Shown piece by piece: positions 1 through 11,877 of a stretch of 64,000 nucleotides of DNA; position 1 is the stretch's first letter; every line of letters starts with the position of its first letter. Made by a program: the position numbers and the translations under genes. The stretch is from NCBI RefSeq assembly GCF_006345805.1, contig NC_043004.1, positions 59,024,001-59,088,000 of the forward strand. The letters are read 5' to 3'. The stretch comes from Octopus sinensis. Lineage: Eukaryota. The notes beneath the pieces are model-generated. The model had not been told where the DNA came from and did no database searches. It worked only from the letters and a program-made list of their open reading frames with translations.

Positions 1-300
1 TATTGGTGTATTTTGCTTCAGTGATATTTATTTTTTACATTAATCTTAACCTTATTTCGCCAAAGTTCTTTCGTCACACTCCTGTGACCGCATCAGTGGT
101 CCTTTGTTTTCTTCTCACTTACTTGTGTCTCTCCTTACTAACCGTCACTGACGGTTAGTAAGGAGAGACAAAAGTAAGTGAGAAGAAAACAAAGGACCAC
201 TGATGCGGTCACAGGAGTGGACGAAAGAACTTTGGCGCGAAATAAGGTTAAGATTAATGTAAAAAATAAATATCACTGAAGGCAAAATAACACCAAAATA
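1..300. repeat. Near-perfect ~147-bp-arm palindrome (fold-back) of a PLE-like terminal repeat, 1-nt loop at 148
   Basis: ACCGTCA-C-TGACGGT centre (141-155); 1-147 is the reverse complement of 149-~300 apart from a few single-base indels; each arm carries a hammerhead-like motif. Confidence 0.9.
197..235 (+). ncRNA. Minimal hammerhead-like motif, variant core (mirror copy at 60-99, minus strand)
   Basis: CCA-CTGATGC-G-GTCAC..GTGAC (intact in the minus copy)-GAAA-GAAC-T-T-TGG; helix I CCA/TGG, helix II GTCAC/GTGAC; core A9 replaced by C. Confidence 0.45.
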
Positions 301-1160
301 TAGTGCGTGTGTTTTTATTGGCTAAACTGGCAATATGCCATTCCGAAATATAACAATATCTGTTTTCAACACACGACTTCAAATAAAAATCTTGCACAAC
401 AAATATTTAAACGTACTATTGTATATATAACCATCACTTATTATGGTTATCTCTACAGATCTACAGATTTTCAATAGAAATTATAGCCATCCCTGATTTT
501 GTTATGGCGTTTTGTATCCGAGACGCCTGATGTAAACAGAAACAATGAGATCGAAGATCCAAAATGGGTGGTCGAATTAAATATATTTCGGGATTCCTCA
601 TCACCCAATTCTCATCTAAATATGCAAAAGCAACTCTTTGCATAAACATTCAATCTTCATTCACCATAATTTAATTCTTACTATCATACACTCTGTCTCA
701 CATCTTCGCCAACCATAATTGACTAATTGATTCACTACTGTAACATTTACCAGGTACCACAATCTGGCACCAGAACCCTCACATCAAAGTTGCCACATGA
801 TTTGCTTGTAATAACAGCCGAGTTTTCTTCAAATCACACTCAGTGTTTTAAAAATGTAGAACAATTTGGCCATTTGGATAATGTCCTCTTCATTAGTGTT
901 TGAAAATATGACTGGTTGGTCATAGTTAGAACGCATTTGATTGTTGGTTTGCACTGATATTGTTCATGTTGAACTGAATATCAACAACGTGAACTGTATT
1001 CGTTTCTCAGACGTCTTCCCAACAAACTATTCATGAACGCCACCAAATTGTTTTTCTCCAATTCTTATGCTATCAACAGTCACTCTTAACTTCGCAACAG
1101 TTATATATATATGCATGCATGTACGTACAGCCATGGTCTGTGGATATGTATAGATATATA

Positions 1161-1206
<46 letters not shown>

Positions 1207-1226
1207 CTATATATATATATACTATT

Positions 1227-1254
<28 letters not shown>

Positions 1255-1257
<3 letters not shown>

Positions 1258-3169
1258 ATTTCAACATTGAGTGGTAAAAAGTAATAACTATTATCAATTT
1301 TTCACCAAGTATCTCATATGCAAAGGGGAACCATTTAAGGCGAATTCAAATTATTCATTATATTAAAAGGCTTAGATAAATAATTTACTTGCCACAACTG
1401 AACTCATTAGAAATAGTATCTAAAAAAACTTTTTTAAAAACTATTCGAAATACTTAAAGAAAATCTCTCTCATATAGTGTTTGCTCAATTCAACTACGAA
1501 AGTATGGGGGTAAAGACATTAAAAAATCAAATGCAAAGGTTATGAAGAACGTACGTTTCTAGATAGTCAACTCGACATTTCTTTCTCCAGCTCAGAACCC
1601 TTCGGTTTGGAGTTTGAAAACACTGAAGTGGGAGCATACCCTTCGCTTCTTATCGCTTTTGAAGATTCTGCTCGAACTATCAGTGCCAGCAAACTCAAAA
1701 TATGCAAGCGACGGAATTTTGCTATCCCCTTTTCCACCGCGTGGTTAAAATCAGCAAACACTAGGTTTTTTCCCGGTAAAATCCGAAGCATTATAAATAG
1801 AGATAGATTGAATTATAAATTTCAACAATTGAGAGGGTAAAATTAATTAATTATTACTCAATTTCACCAAGTTATTCAGTATGCAAAGGGACCATTTAAG
1901 GCGAATTCAAATTATTACATTATATAAAAGGGCTTAGTAAAAATAAATTACTTTGCCACATACTGAACTCATTAGAAATAGTAGCTAAAAAACTTTTTTA
2001 AAAACTATTTCTAATACTTAAAGAAAATCTCTCTCTATAGTGTTTGCTCAATTCAACTCACGAAAGTATGGGGGTAAAGACATTAAAAAATCAAATGCAA
2101 AGGTTATTGAGAACGTACGTTTCTAGATTAGTCAACCGACATTTCTTTCTCCAGCTCAGAACTCCTTGGTTTGGATTTGAAAAACTGAAAGTGGGAGCAT
2201 TTACCCTTTCGCTTCTTTAACCCACGCTGGTGGAAAGGGGAGAGCAGAAAATTCGTTCGTCGCTTGCATATTTTGAGTTTGCTGGCACTGATAGTTCGAG
2301 CAGATCTTCAGAAGCGATAAGAAGCCGAAAGGGTATGCTCCCACTTTCAGTGTTTTCAAATCCAAACCAAGGAGTTCTGAGCTGGAGAAAGAAATGTCGA
2401 GTTGACTAATCTAGAAACGTACGTTCTCAAATAACCTTTGCATTTGATTTTTTAATGTCTTTACCCCCATACTTTCGTGAGTTGAATTGAGCAAACACTA
2501 TATGAGAGAGATTTTCTTTAAGTATTAGAAATAGTTTTAAAAAAGTTTTTTTTAGCTACTATTCTAAGAGTTCAGTATGTGGCAAAGTAATTTATTTTAC
2601 TAACGCCTTTTATATAATGTAATAATTTGAATCGCCTTAAATGGTCCCTTTGCATACTGAATACTTGGTGAAATTGATTAATAATTAATTAATTTTACCC
2701 TCAATTGTTGAAATTATAATTCATCTCTCTCTATTTAATGCTTCGGATTTTACCGAAAAAACATAGTGTTTGCTGATTTTAACCCACGCTGGTGGAAAGG
2801 GGAGAGCAGAAATTCGTCGCTTGCATATTTTGAGTTTGCTGGCACTGATAGTTCGAGCAGATCTTCAGAAGCGATAAGAAGCCGAAAGGGTATGCTCCCA
2901 CTTTCAGTGTTTTCAAATCCAAACCAAGGAGTTCTGAGCTGGAGAAAGAAATGTCGAGTTGACTAATCTAGAAACGTACGTTCTCAAATAACCTTTGCAT
3001 TTGATTTTTTAATGTCTTTACCCCCATACTTTCGTGAGTTGAATTGAGCAAACACTATATGAGAGAGATTTTCTTTAAGTATTAGAAATAGTTTTAAAAA
3101 AGTTTTTTTTAGCTACTATTTCTAATGAGTTCAGAATGTGGCAAAGTAATTTATTTTACTAAGCCCTTT

Positions 3170-3178
<9 letters not shown>
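1255..3178. repeat. ~565-bp unclassified repeat: two forward tandem units (1255-2215) then two reverse units (2216-3178), flanked by (TA)n
   Basis: Unit text (TTCACCAAGT..ATGCAAAGGGACCATTTAAGG..GTACGTTTCTAG..GGGAGCAT) recurs at ~1290 and ~1860 and as reverse complement at ~2216-2778 and ~2779-3178. Confidence 0.9.
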
Positions 3179-3223
<45 letters not shown>

Positions 3224-4645
3224 GTATATGTGAGTGTGTGTGTGTGTGTGCGTGTGTGTGTCCGCGTGTGTATGTGTGCGTGCGCGCTTGCATATGTATC
3301 TCTCGCAAATCACCGGTTTGAATAATAACCTCGTCTTACCACACCCTTCTCTTTATCCTCCGTCTGACGCACACAGACATATATATATATATATATATAT
3401 ACATACATTACATCCGTATATAGATAGATACATATGCATGTGTAAGCGTGTCTGTGTACAGATGTAGATAAGTAACATTATATAGGTTTATACATTTAAT
3501 TACGTATAGACGTATTTGCGTGCTTGCGTGTTTGTGCATGCATAGGCACATACACGCATAGGCACATACACAAATACACAAGCAATACGTCACACAGGAC
3601 CATTTGTGCGCACGCGATCTCTTCAGTAGCGCCATTTTTTGCTTATTTTTTCACGCTCTTGAAAGTACAAAATCGAATCGTTCCAACTCCTTCACCTATT
3701 TGTATACATTACTCCCACCTCTTCTTTCACACAGTCGTTTTCCTCTTTCTTCCTCTTTCTCTCACTCTCTTTCTACACTTTCTAACACAAGCAGTAATAA
3801 TGACATTTATCATATATTTTACAGATTCACATTTACCGCCTTATTTCACCTCCAGCAGTTTTATTGTTTTATTCAGTTTATAATAAATAGCCGATAGAGA
3901 CAGGCTATTTAAGCACAGCTATTTGCATCAACACACAAACACGCATCGTATATGTGCCACTATTCGTATTTGCCCACATATATATCAATATATATATATA
4001 TGTATATATGCATATGTAGTATGCATAGTCGTGTATATATATATGTATATGTATCCATATATATTTATATACAGGTACATTTACGTATGCACTTATACGT
4101 GTTTGTAAGCATATATGACACACAAATACATAGATAGATAGATGCACCTATACGTGTACATGTTGGTATGTATGCACACATACATTCTCATTTAACTCTC
4201 GCTGCCATATAAATCTATGCAGAGAAAAAAATTATATTCGTGCCGTAACGAACCAAACCTAGATGAGAATAGAAACTAACTCACCCAACCCTCTCTCTCT
4301 CTCTCTCTCGCGCACACACACACACACACACATACTAGCGCACACACATACACGCATACACACATGAGTATATGCATATTCGAGTACACACACGCTCACA
4401 CACATATGTACATATATTTACACGCATAAGATGCTCGATGAGAGAATTCATTTCTGAAAACTTGCCAATACCATTAAGTATGCCCTAAAACTCATATGAA
4501 ATATTCTTCCTTTCTTTGCTAATACTGTATAATTATCAGAAGCATAAAAAATGTGAAACTCGGAGTAGCATCATAAAGTTTCAGTTTCTTTTAAATATCA
4601 TAACATAACATATATATAAGAGTTTCTATGAGTGAGTATAGAAAA

Positions 4646-4952
4646 ATATATTAATCGATGAAAATCCAACTTAAACTGGTTTTCACGTTTTATTATTTGC
4701 AGCATTTACAATGTTAAAATATTGTAATAATCTAGTACTTTCATGCGTTATGCAGTCGTCAGATTTATGTATTGACAGCCGTGTTCCATTACTGACACAG
4801 CTTTCAGTTGTGGAACACGACTGTCACTACATAAACCTGACGACTGCGTAACGCATGAAAGTACTAGCTTCTTCCAATATTGTTAAATTGCGAAATTGCT
4901 AATAGTATAACGTAAAAATCAGTTTAAGCTGGATTTTCAATGATTAATATAT
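4646..4952. mobile_element. Fold-back pair of PLE-like termini (arms 4646-4788 and 4811-4952), TA-flanked
   Basis: ~140-bp imperfect inverted repeat with 22-nt spacer; each arm has CTGACGA-helix II-GAAA-GTAC-T-A. Confidence 0.75.
4832..4870 (+). ncRNA. Minimal type-I hammerhead-like motif (mirror copy 4728-4766, minus)
   Basis: TAAAC-CTGACGA-C-TGCG-TAA-CGCA-T-GAAA-GTAC-T-A-GCTT; canonical CUGANGA and GAAA, palindromic helix III AGTACT. Confidence 0.65.
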
Positions 4953-5092
4953 ATGTATGGTGTGTATCATCTATATATGTATATATGTGCATGTATATGT
5001 ATGTATTATATATATAGTATATGTATGTATATATATATATATTATATATATATATATATGTAAATATATATATATGCATATATATACATATG

Positions 5093-5134
<42 letters not shown>

Positions 5135-5598
5135 TATATAATATATATACATACATGTATACACACACATGTACATGATCAAACAGGCTCCAAAGAGGCT
5201 TGTTTCAGTCTGGGTTGGAATGATATACTGCACAGTATAATTGCAAAATCGACTAGAGTAGTATAGTGAATATAACTTGAGGAGTGGGAAATTCAACGTT
5301 TCGGATAAAATTCTTTTGCAGGGAAAAGTTGAAATGTGAGAATGGGAGAACAGCAACAGTCTTTTACATCCTGTTCGTTAAAAAAGGGGAACGAAAAAGC
5401 TGCTTGTAACTTAGGGCTTTTAAAACTCTGGTGTTTCGCATTAATGTGTTTTCGTCCAACTTGCTCCCGAAGAAAGGCTCCGTCAGAAACTTTGGATTAT
5501 CTGCTCGTCATGGCACGTTTCCTTTAGTTTGTTCACACACACGCACACACGCACACACGCACACACGCACACACATACACACACGCACACACACACAA

Positions 5599-5650
<52 letters not shown>

Positions 5651-5813
5651 GTGTATATATATAAAAGAGATAACGGCGTCATTGAGACCCAAAGGTGTCA
5701 CGTAATGCTGAATAAGACATTGTGTATAAACTCTATATTTGGAAGGACCCATTTTAAACTCTGTTGGACTTTTGGACTTTACTCATAAGGTATTGGAATC
5801 TTACATACATACC

Positions 5814-6070
5814 ATTCTGCCTGAAAAATGGATCTACAACTTCAATATCTCAATATCCCTACATATCTTGCATCTATTTTCTTTCCTCCACCTCACTCTC
5901 TATTTTGTATCACATCTAAACTAACTATGACTTAACCATCCTCTCACAACGCCTCCGGTGAAGGGATATAATTAATAAATATCCTGGAAACAACTGTAAG
6001 ACCTTCTATCTATAAATGTTCTAATATTTACACAGCCTTGCTTTTTTTATCTCATTACGCAAAAAATTCT

Positions 6071-6147
<77 letters not shown>

Positions 6148-6740
6148 ATATGCATATACATTTATGCACACACACCACACCCACACCCACATATATATAT
6201 ATTCTCTTTTATTTTACTCTCTTTTACTTGTTTCAGTCATTTGACTGCGGCCATGCTGGAGCACCGCCTTTAGTCGAGCAAATCGACCCTGGGACTTATT
6301 CTTTGTAAGCCCAGTACTTATTATATCGGTCTCTTTTGCCGAACCGCTAAGTGACGGGGACGTAAACACACCAGCATTGGTTGTCAAGCAATGCTAGGGG
6401 GACAAAAACACACACACACACATATATGTGTGTGTGTGTGCATACATGTATATGCATATATGTGTAATATATATATATATATAAGAATTTTTTGCGTAAT
6501 GAGATAAAAAAAGCAGGCTGTGTAAATATTAGAACATTTATAGATAGAAGGTCTTACAGTTGTTTCCAGGATATTTATTAATTATATCCCTTCATCGGAG
6601 GCGTTGTGAGAGGATGGTTAAGTCATAGTTAGATTAGATGTGATACAAAATAGAGAGTGAGGTGGAGGAAAGAAAATAGATGCAAGATATGTAGGGATAT
6701 TGAGATATTGAAGTTGTAGATCCATTTTTCAGCCAGAATT
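5814..6740. mobile_element. Convergent inverted pair of ~260-bp PLE-like termini (5814-6075 plus; 6478-6740 minus) around (TA)n and a SINE
   Basis: Arms are ~97% reverse complements by eye; each ends in (TA)n; each has CCG(A/G)TGA-AGGGATAT..ATATCCT-G-GAAA-CAACTGT-A (5951-6002; 6551-6602). Confidence 0.75.
6203..6410 (-). mobile_element. Octopus tRNA-derived SINE family A, 3' half
   Basis: Matches the family tail ..GACTAAAGGCGGTGCTCCAGCATGGCCGCAGTCAAATGACTGAAACAAGTAAAAGAG seen in many copies in this window. Confidence 0.9.
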
Positions 6741-6949
6741 TCCTCCTTCATCCCCCCTCCTCCCCTTCCTTCTCCCCCTCCTCTCTCTCCCCCATCCTCT
6801 CCTCTTCCCCCCTCTCCTCCCCCTCTTCTTCCCCTCCCCTTCTCCCCCTCTTCTCCCCCTCCCCCTCTTCTCCTCACTACACCACACGACTTTACACATC
6901 ACATCATATATGATGTGCCATACTAATACATACACCAACTAATACATAC

Positions 6950-7245
6950 TAACATACTAATACATACACCAACCCTATACATACACCGTCCAGACCCCTC
7001 ATACGCACTTATACTCTCTCATACACACACACACACACACACACTTATACATACTAATACGTACTAATACATACTAATACATACTAATACATACACCAAA
7101 CCCATACATACGCACGTCCAGACCAATCCTACGCACTAATACTCTCTCATACACGCACACACACACACACCCACACCCCCTTACATACTAATACATACAC
7201 CAACCCTATACATACACACGTCCAGACCCCTCCTACGCACTATTA
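6950..7245 (+). repeat. Three diverged ~100-130-bp tandem units with TACTAATACA sub-repeats
   Basis: TACTAATACATACACCAACCCTATACATACAC..CGTCCAGACCCCTC..TACGCACT at ~6956, ~7083, ~7186. Confidence 0.8.
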
Positions 7246-7319
7246 GCTGGTCCTTCAACCCTATTATCAACCCTATTATTTCCCCTTATTCGCTCTCGCG
7301 TCTCATGTTTGATCTTTGA

Positions 7320-7548
7320 CCTCTGGCCGAAATCAGATCGCCATGTTGATTCGTTAGCTACTGCACGCATTTTTTTTCTCTCCTTCTTTCTGTGTTTTTT
7401 TCTCTCTGTGTATCTTTCTGTTGAAGAGCGTAGGCTCGAAACGTTAAAGACTTGTTTTATTTATATTTCCTGAGCGCCATACTAATACAATTGTTCGCTT
7501 GTTTCCACCTGCCTTCGTCTTTTGTCTATTTCATAAAGCTTCCCGTTA
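7320..7548 (+). mobile_element. PLE-like terminal fragment with hammerhead-like motif (7413-7450), ending in (TA)n
   Basis: TCTTT-CTGTTGA-A-GAGC-GTAG-GCTC-GAAA-CGT-T-AAAGA; homologous to 11190-11370. Confidence 0.65.
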
Positions 7549-7872
7549 TATATATATATAAGTTTCAAATAAGTGAATCATGGTAAAGTACGTTCAGATC
7601 TATAGCAAATTTCATAATCATTAAATTATAGATGAGGAGGAAACTAAGGATTTTACCATGGAGATAAATGCATTTTTCTTTTTAATGCATTAAGAATCAT
7701 CCATCCATTGGGGGTAGCTTTGCAGTAGTCGTAGTGTTGCTAAAAATTGTGCAACTCCCTTTTTAGTAGAAGAAATAGCTATAAACCTTTGACTGCATTC
7801 TAAATTCGGTATGTTGGTAAGGCAACTCGTTGCTAAACCCTTATTGCTTTATTTATATATATCATATAACAT

Positions 7873-8030
7873 TATACGACAGACTTCTTTCGTTTCCGTC
7901 TACCAAATCCCATCACAAGGCAGGTCGGCCGGGGCTATAGCAGAAGACACTTGCCCAAGATGCCACGCAGTGGGACTGAACCCGGAACCATGTGGTTGGT
8001 TAGCAAGCTACTTACCACACAGCCACTCCT
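7873..8030 (-). mobile_element. SINE family A, tRNA-like head half
   Basis: Reverse complement of AGGAGTGGCTGTGTGGTAAGTAGCTTGCT..GGTTCCGGGTTCAGTCCCACTGCGTGGCA (A- and B-box-like). Confidence 0.9.
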
Positions 8031-8842
8031 TGTGTGTGTCTCTGTGTGCATAGGCATGTGGCTTAATGGCTAGAATATTCGGTTCACGATCGTAAGGTTG
8101 TTTGTTCGATTTGCGGCGGCTCATTGCATCCTTCAGCAAGGCACATTATTTCTCGTTGCTCAATCCCTGTCCTCATTATCTATGAATGCGAGGGGTGGGG
8201 GAAACACTTAGAGCTTAAAGATTGTAGAATCTCTTGAAAAACTCTAACTCTACCTTACATTTATCTACTTCAATGGTAGCCATTAAGATAAGTTTGAATG
8301 TACTTTTCGGATATTGGAACTGTACACCTTTTACCAGATATTGATTTCTCCCTTTTATCTACTCGTTACTTCTGTATGTTTACTTTATCGATATCTTTCG
8401 AATAAGTACAATTCAAGTAGTATAAGCGAAAGAGGTAGATACGAATACGATCGAATCGAATATTTTCCTCACATGCATGTCTTTATCCAACCTGAAAAAC
8501 AACTATTTCTGGTTCGTCAGTAATTAAACGGATTAGCGGTAAATCATGATTGTATATTATTATAATTTTTGTATGTATATATGTGTTTGTATCACATGTA
8601 GCATATTTATAAATTGGGCTAACTTAGTTATTTCTCTGTAAAATGAAAATATAATGAACAACATTAATCGATTTTTGAATCTTATTAGATTCTCTTCAGA
8701 GATGTTGACGTCAGTTTGACCAATCCCCAAGAAACAAGCTGACAATTTGTTTATATCCTCAAGTTCGGTAGTTACAGGAAACAGGTGCGTCTAATTTGCA
8801 TACCTTAATTGTTAACACTTCATTTAACATCAAGAGGCCTGC

Positions 8843-9090
8843 TGAGTGGCTTAGGGGTTAGGGTTTTCGGCTCATGATCGCAAGCTTGTTAGTTCGATTC
8901 CGGGCGACGCGTTATAGTCCTTGAGTAAGGCACTTTATTTTATGTTGCTTCAGTCTCCTCAGCTGGCAAACATCAGCAGTACCTGTAATTCAGAGACAAG
9001 GTGCAACCTTGTCACATTCCATGTCACGCTAAATCTCCCTGTGAACTACGTGAAGGATACGCCTGTTTGTGGCCACTTGTACGTTAATTA
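8843..9090 (+). mobile_element. Diverged tRNA-headed SINE (related copies 8050-8190, 52935-53250)
   Basis: GTGGCTTAGGGGTTAGGG..GTTCGATTCC head, CCTTGAGTAAGGCACTTTATT body, GAACTACGT..GTTGATCG tail shared with family B. Confidence 0.7.
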
Positions 9091-9364
9091 TATGAGTAAG
9101 TTGTTTGGTTGATCGTGTGGACTGGAATCTTCATCGAAAACTGACCGAGAACTATCCATCCACCCATCCCTCCCTCCCTCCCTCCCCCCTCCCTCCCTCC
9201 ATCCATCCATCCATCCATCCATACATACATACATACATACATACAAACATACATACATACATACATACATACATGCATACATACATACATACATACATAC
9301 GTACATACATACATACATGCATACATACGTACGTACATACGTACGAACATACATGCAGAGCTAC

Positions 9365-9800
9365 AAAGACTTTTTACAATGCTATCCGCAGGAAGGACTA
9401 GCCTGATGTATACATAAAACACATGTCAGAACCTGCAGGTACCTACACCTTAAAAAACAAGGAATACTGGTGGAACACCTCTATAAAAACATCAATTCGG
9501 TGCAAACATAACAGACCTGATATTGTTCTCTGGGACAAGGAACAAAAATTAGGCACTGCTGTAGAGGTCAGCTGCCCAGCAGATGTGAATGTACAATGAA
9601 AAGTCCAGAAAAAAAGGGAACATTTATGATCAATTGGACCCTGACTGAAAATTCTCATTTGTAGCTAACATTAGGTTATGTACCAACAATTTTTTTCCAA
9701 AAACCTAGAAATACACGGTTTCACGGAAAAAGAGCAAAAGAAACTGATGAGGTTCCTGTAAGTCCAATATATTAGTGGCACAGTGAAAATTTGTAAGACA
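9365..9800 (+). mobile_element. Decayed R4/Dong-like non-LTR retrotransposon, restriction-like endonuclease C-terminus
   Basis: Hand translation with stops: NKEYWWNTSIKTSIRCKHNRPDIVLWDKEQKLGTAVEVSCPADVNVQ*..GFHGKEQKKLMRFL*VQYISGTVKICKT; PD-(D/E)xK-type HNRPDIV..E..P.D.N motif. Confidence 0.75.
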
Positions 9801-10150
9801 CCTTGCGTGGAACCTTGGGCAAGTGTCTTCTACTATAACCTCGGGCCAACTAAAGCCTTGTGAGTGGATTAGGTAGACGGAAACTGAAAGAAGCCCGTCG
9901 TATATATGTATATATATGTGTATGTGTGTGTATATATTTGTGTATCTGTGTTTGTCCCCCTCCACCAACATCGCTTGACAACCGATGCTGGTGTGTTTAA
10001 GTCCCCGTAACTTAGCGGTTCGGCAAAGGAGACCGATAGAATAAGTACTAGGCTTACAAAGAATAAGTCCTGGGGTCGATTTGCTCGACTAAAGGCGGTG
10101 CTCTAGCATGGCCGCAGTCAAATGACTGTCACAAGTAAAAGAGAAAAGAG
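9800..10150 (+). mobile_element. SINE family A, 5'-truncated
   Basis: Body and tail match the family consensus from other copies. Confidence 0.9.
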
Positions 10151-10249
10151 AAAGGGATTCCAAATATTCTCCATTTGAGATTCCTATGTGATTAGATGCC
10201 CACAATATAAATGTATGCATCGACTGTTCAACCACCTCATCAACTCAGC

Positions 10250-10780
10250 CACATATTTACGAAGAGCGGGAACTCGCTTAACTCAAAATGTCTTATCGCT
10301 TTGTTGGCGACCGGCTTGAACTTCTCAAGAAGTTAAATTAAACTAGAAATTTAAAAAAACGAAAAACAACAACAAAAAAGCATATATGCATATAAGCCAT
10401 GGGATAAATAAAACGCAATACTGCTACTGTTGAAAAAATACACTCCATTATAAAGGATATTAGTGGAGTTTTCCTATCTAGGAAGTGCAAAGACCTGATA
10501 TAGGTTTTTCAGAGGAAAACATGTATTATCATAGAGTTAGCTGTCCATTAGATGCGAACGTCTCTTCTAAAATCAACAGTAAATAGAATATTTATGGCCA
10601 AATGCTTGAACAACCTCTACTCCTCTATGCTGATTATTGTTTCACATTCACATCAACAGGTTTCGGTACGCTAGGTAATGTTACTAAAGGTCTAAGTGAC
10701 AGTCTGAAAGACTTGGATATTCAAGTCAGGAAAGCGACCAGTTAACATGTATTTTGCAGATACAATCAGAAAGTAGGTTT
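10250..10780 (+). mobile_element. Highly decayed R4/Dong-like RLE fragment
   Basis: Frameshifted pieces SKMSYR.., CIIIEL..DANVSSKINSK*NIYGQML..LLY.DY.FTF..GTLGNVTKGL resemble the same RLE region as 9365-9800. Confidence 0.5.
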
Positions 10781-11189
10781 CTAAAGTTGATAATGAAATA
10801 CTTGTTTTTGTTGTTGTCCACACTCCATCGGTGGTGATTTTTATTTTTTACTTCGCTACAAATCAGTTCTTCCCTTACCTAACATCTCTTTATCTAACAA
10901 ATAATTAAAGCGATGGAAGCAATATTAATATCAAAAGGTAAAGATTTATCCCCACTTACACGTGAATGTTGTGCCAGAACACACAATACTACATTTACCT
11001 TGAGAAAATCTTTCATATGGTTTTGTAGTGCATTTGGACACTCTCGCTTACATCGCTAGCAGAAGACAATCACTGCCGTCCACGCTGTCAGGACTACCAG
11101 GTCACTTGATTTCGGCTTTCTTTGGCCTTGTCATCATTGTATATCTTTTATACATCACACACTACCTGATATTGTCTTATACCGTATTT

Positions 11190-11370
11190 TAGATCGTTAG
11201 CCACTACACACTTTTTTTTCTCTCCTTGGTTTTTTTCTGTGTCCCTTTCTGTAGAAGAGCGTAGGCTCGAAACGTAAAATACTTTTTCTATTCCTGAGCG
11301 TTATACTAATACATCTGTTTGTTTTGTACACCACCTGTCTTCGTCTTTTGTTTTTTTCGTAAACTCTCCC
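11190..11370 (+). mobile_element. PLE-like terminal fragment with hammerhead-like motif (11245-11279), ending in (TA)n
   Basis: CTTT-CTGTAGA-A-GAGC-GTAG-GCTC-GAAA-CGT-A-AAA; same family as 7320-7548. Confidence 0.65.
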
Positions 11371-11846
11371 TATATATATATATATATAATTTTTGGTTTT
11401 CACGGTCGTATTTCTGTATAAGTCGAACTACCTTATTTAGTTGTAAATTTTAACCTGAAGAATTCGACTTGTATGCCGTAAATCTTCCAACGTTAGTTTT
11501 ATATAAGCCGTTGCTGTTATATTTTGTTATGCATGCCTATCTCATCTCGAATATTAATTTCATCACTTGCTGAACGGAAGATTTGTTTATTGTCTAGTAC
11601 TTAATACGTATCTTTTGCACGCATAAAATTTATGAATATTAATTTAGTAGACGCAGGAATAGCTTCGCTTTTCAACCACAGCGTTTCGAGATCAGCTCCA
11701 CAGTGACATGTTGGGTTGGGTAAGTACTTTTTTTTTATTATATTCCTGGATCGAATATGGATAAAGTAGGTAGAAAAATGTGTGGAAGCATGTGGTATCT
11801 ATGTATGTGTGTGTGTTTGTGTGTGTGTGTGTGCGCGTGCGTGCGC

Positions 11847-11877
<31 letters not shown>

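Noticed and set aside
490-650. Possible terminal exon PSLILLWRFVSETPDVNRNNEIEDPKW..
   Set aside because: Weak acceptor, no homology, open length expected by chance
2397-2428. GAG-TTGACTA-ATCTA-GAAACGTACGT-T-CTC in the 565-bp unit as a hammerhead
   Set aside because: Palindromic helix III and a 3-bp helix I are present, but the core has two substitutions and there is no helix II
9734-9760. CTGATGAGG..CC as a hammerhead core
   Set aside because: No GAAA or helix III; it lies in the RLE coding remnant (KKLMRFL)
11682-11720. 39-nt micro-exon candidate (CAACCACAG| .. GGG|GTAAGT); similar candidates at 8700-8784 and 46164-46195
   Set aside because: GT-AG pairs of this size are common by chance; the 8700 candidate has stops in all frames; nothing links them
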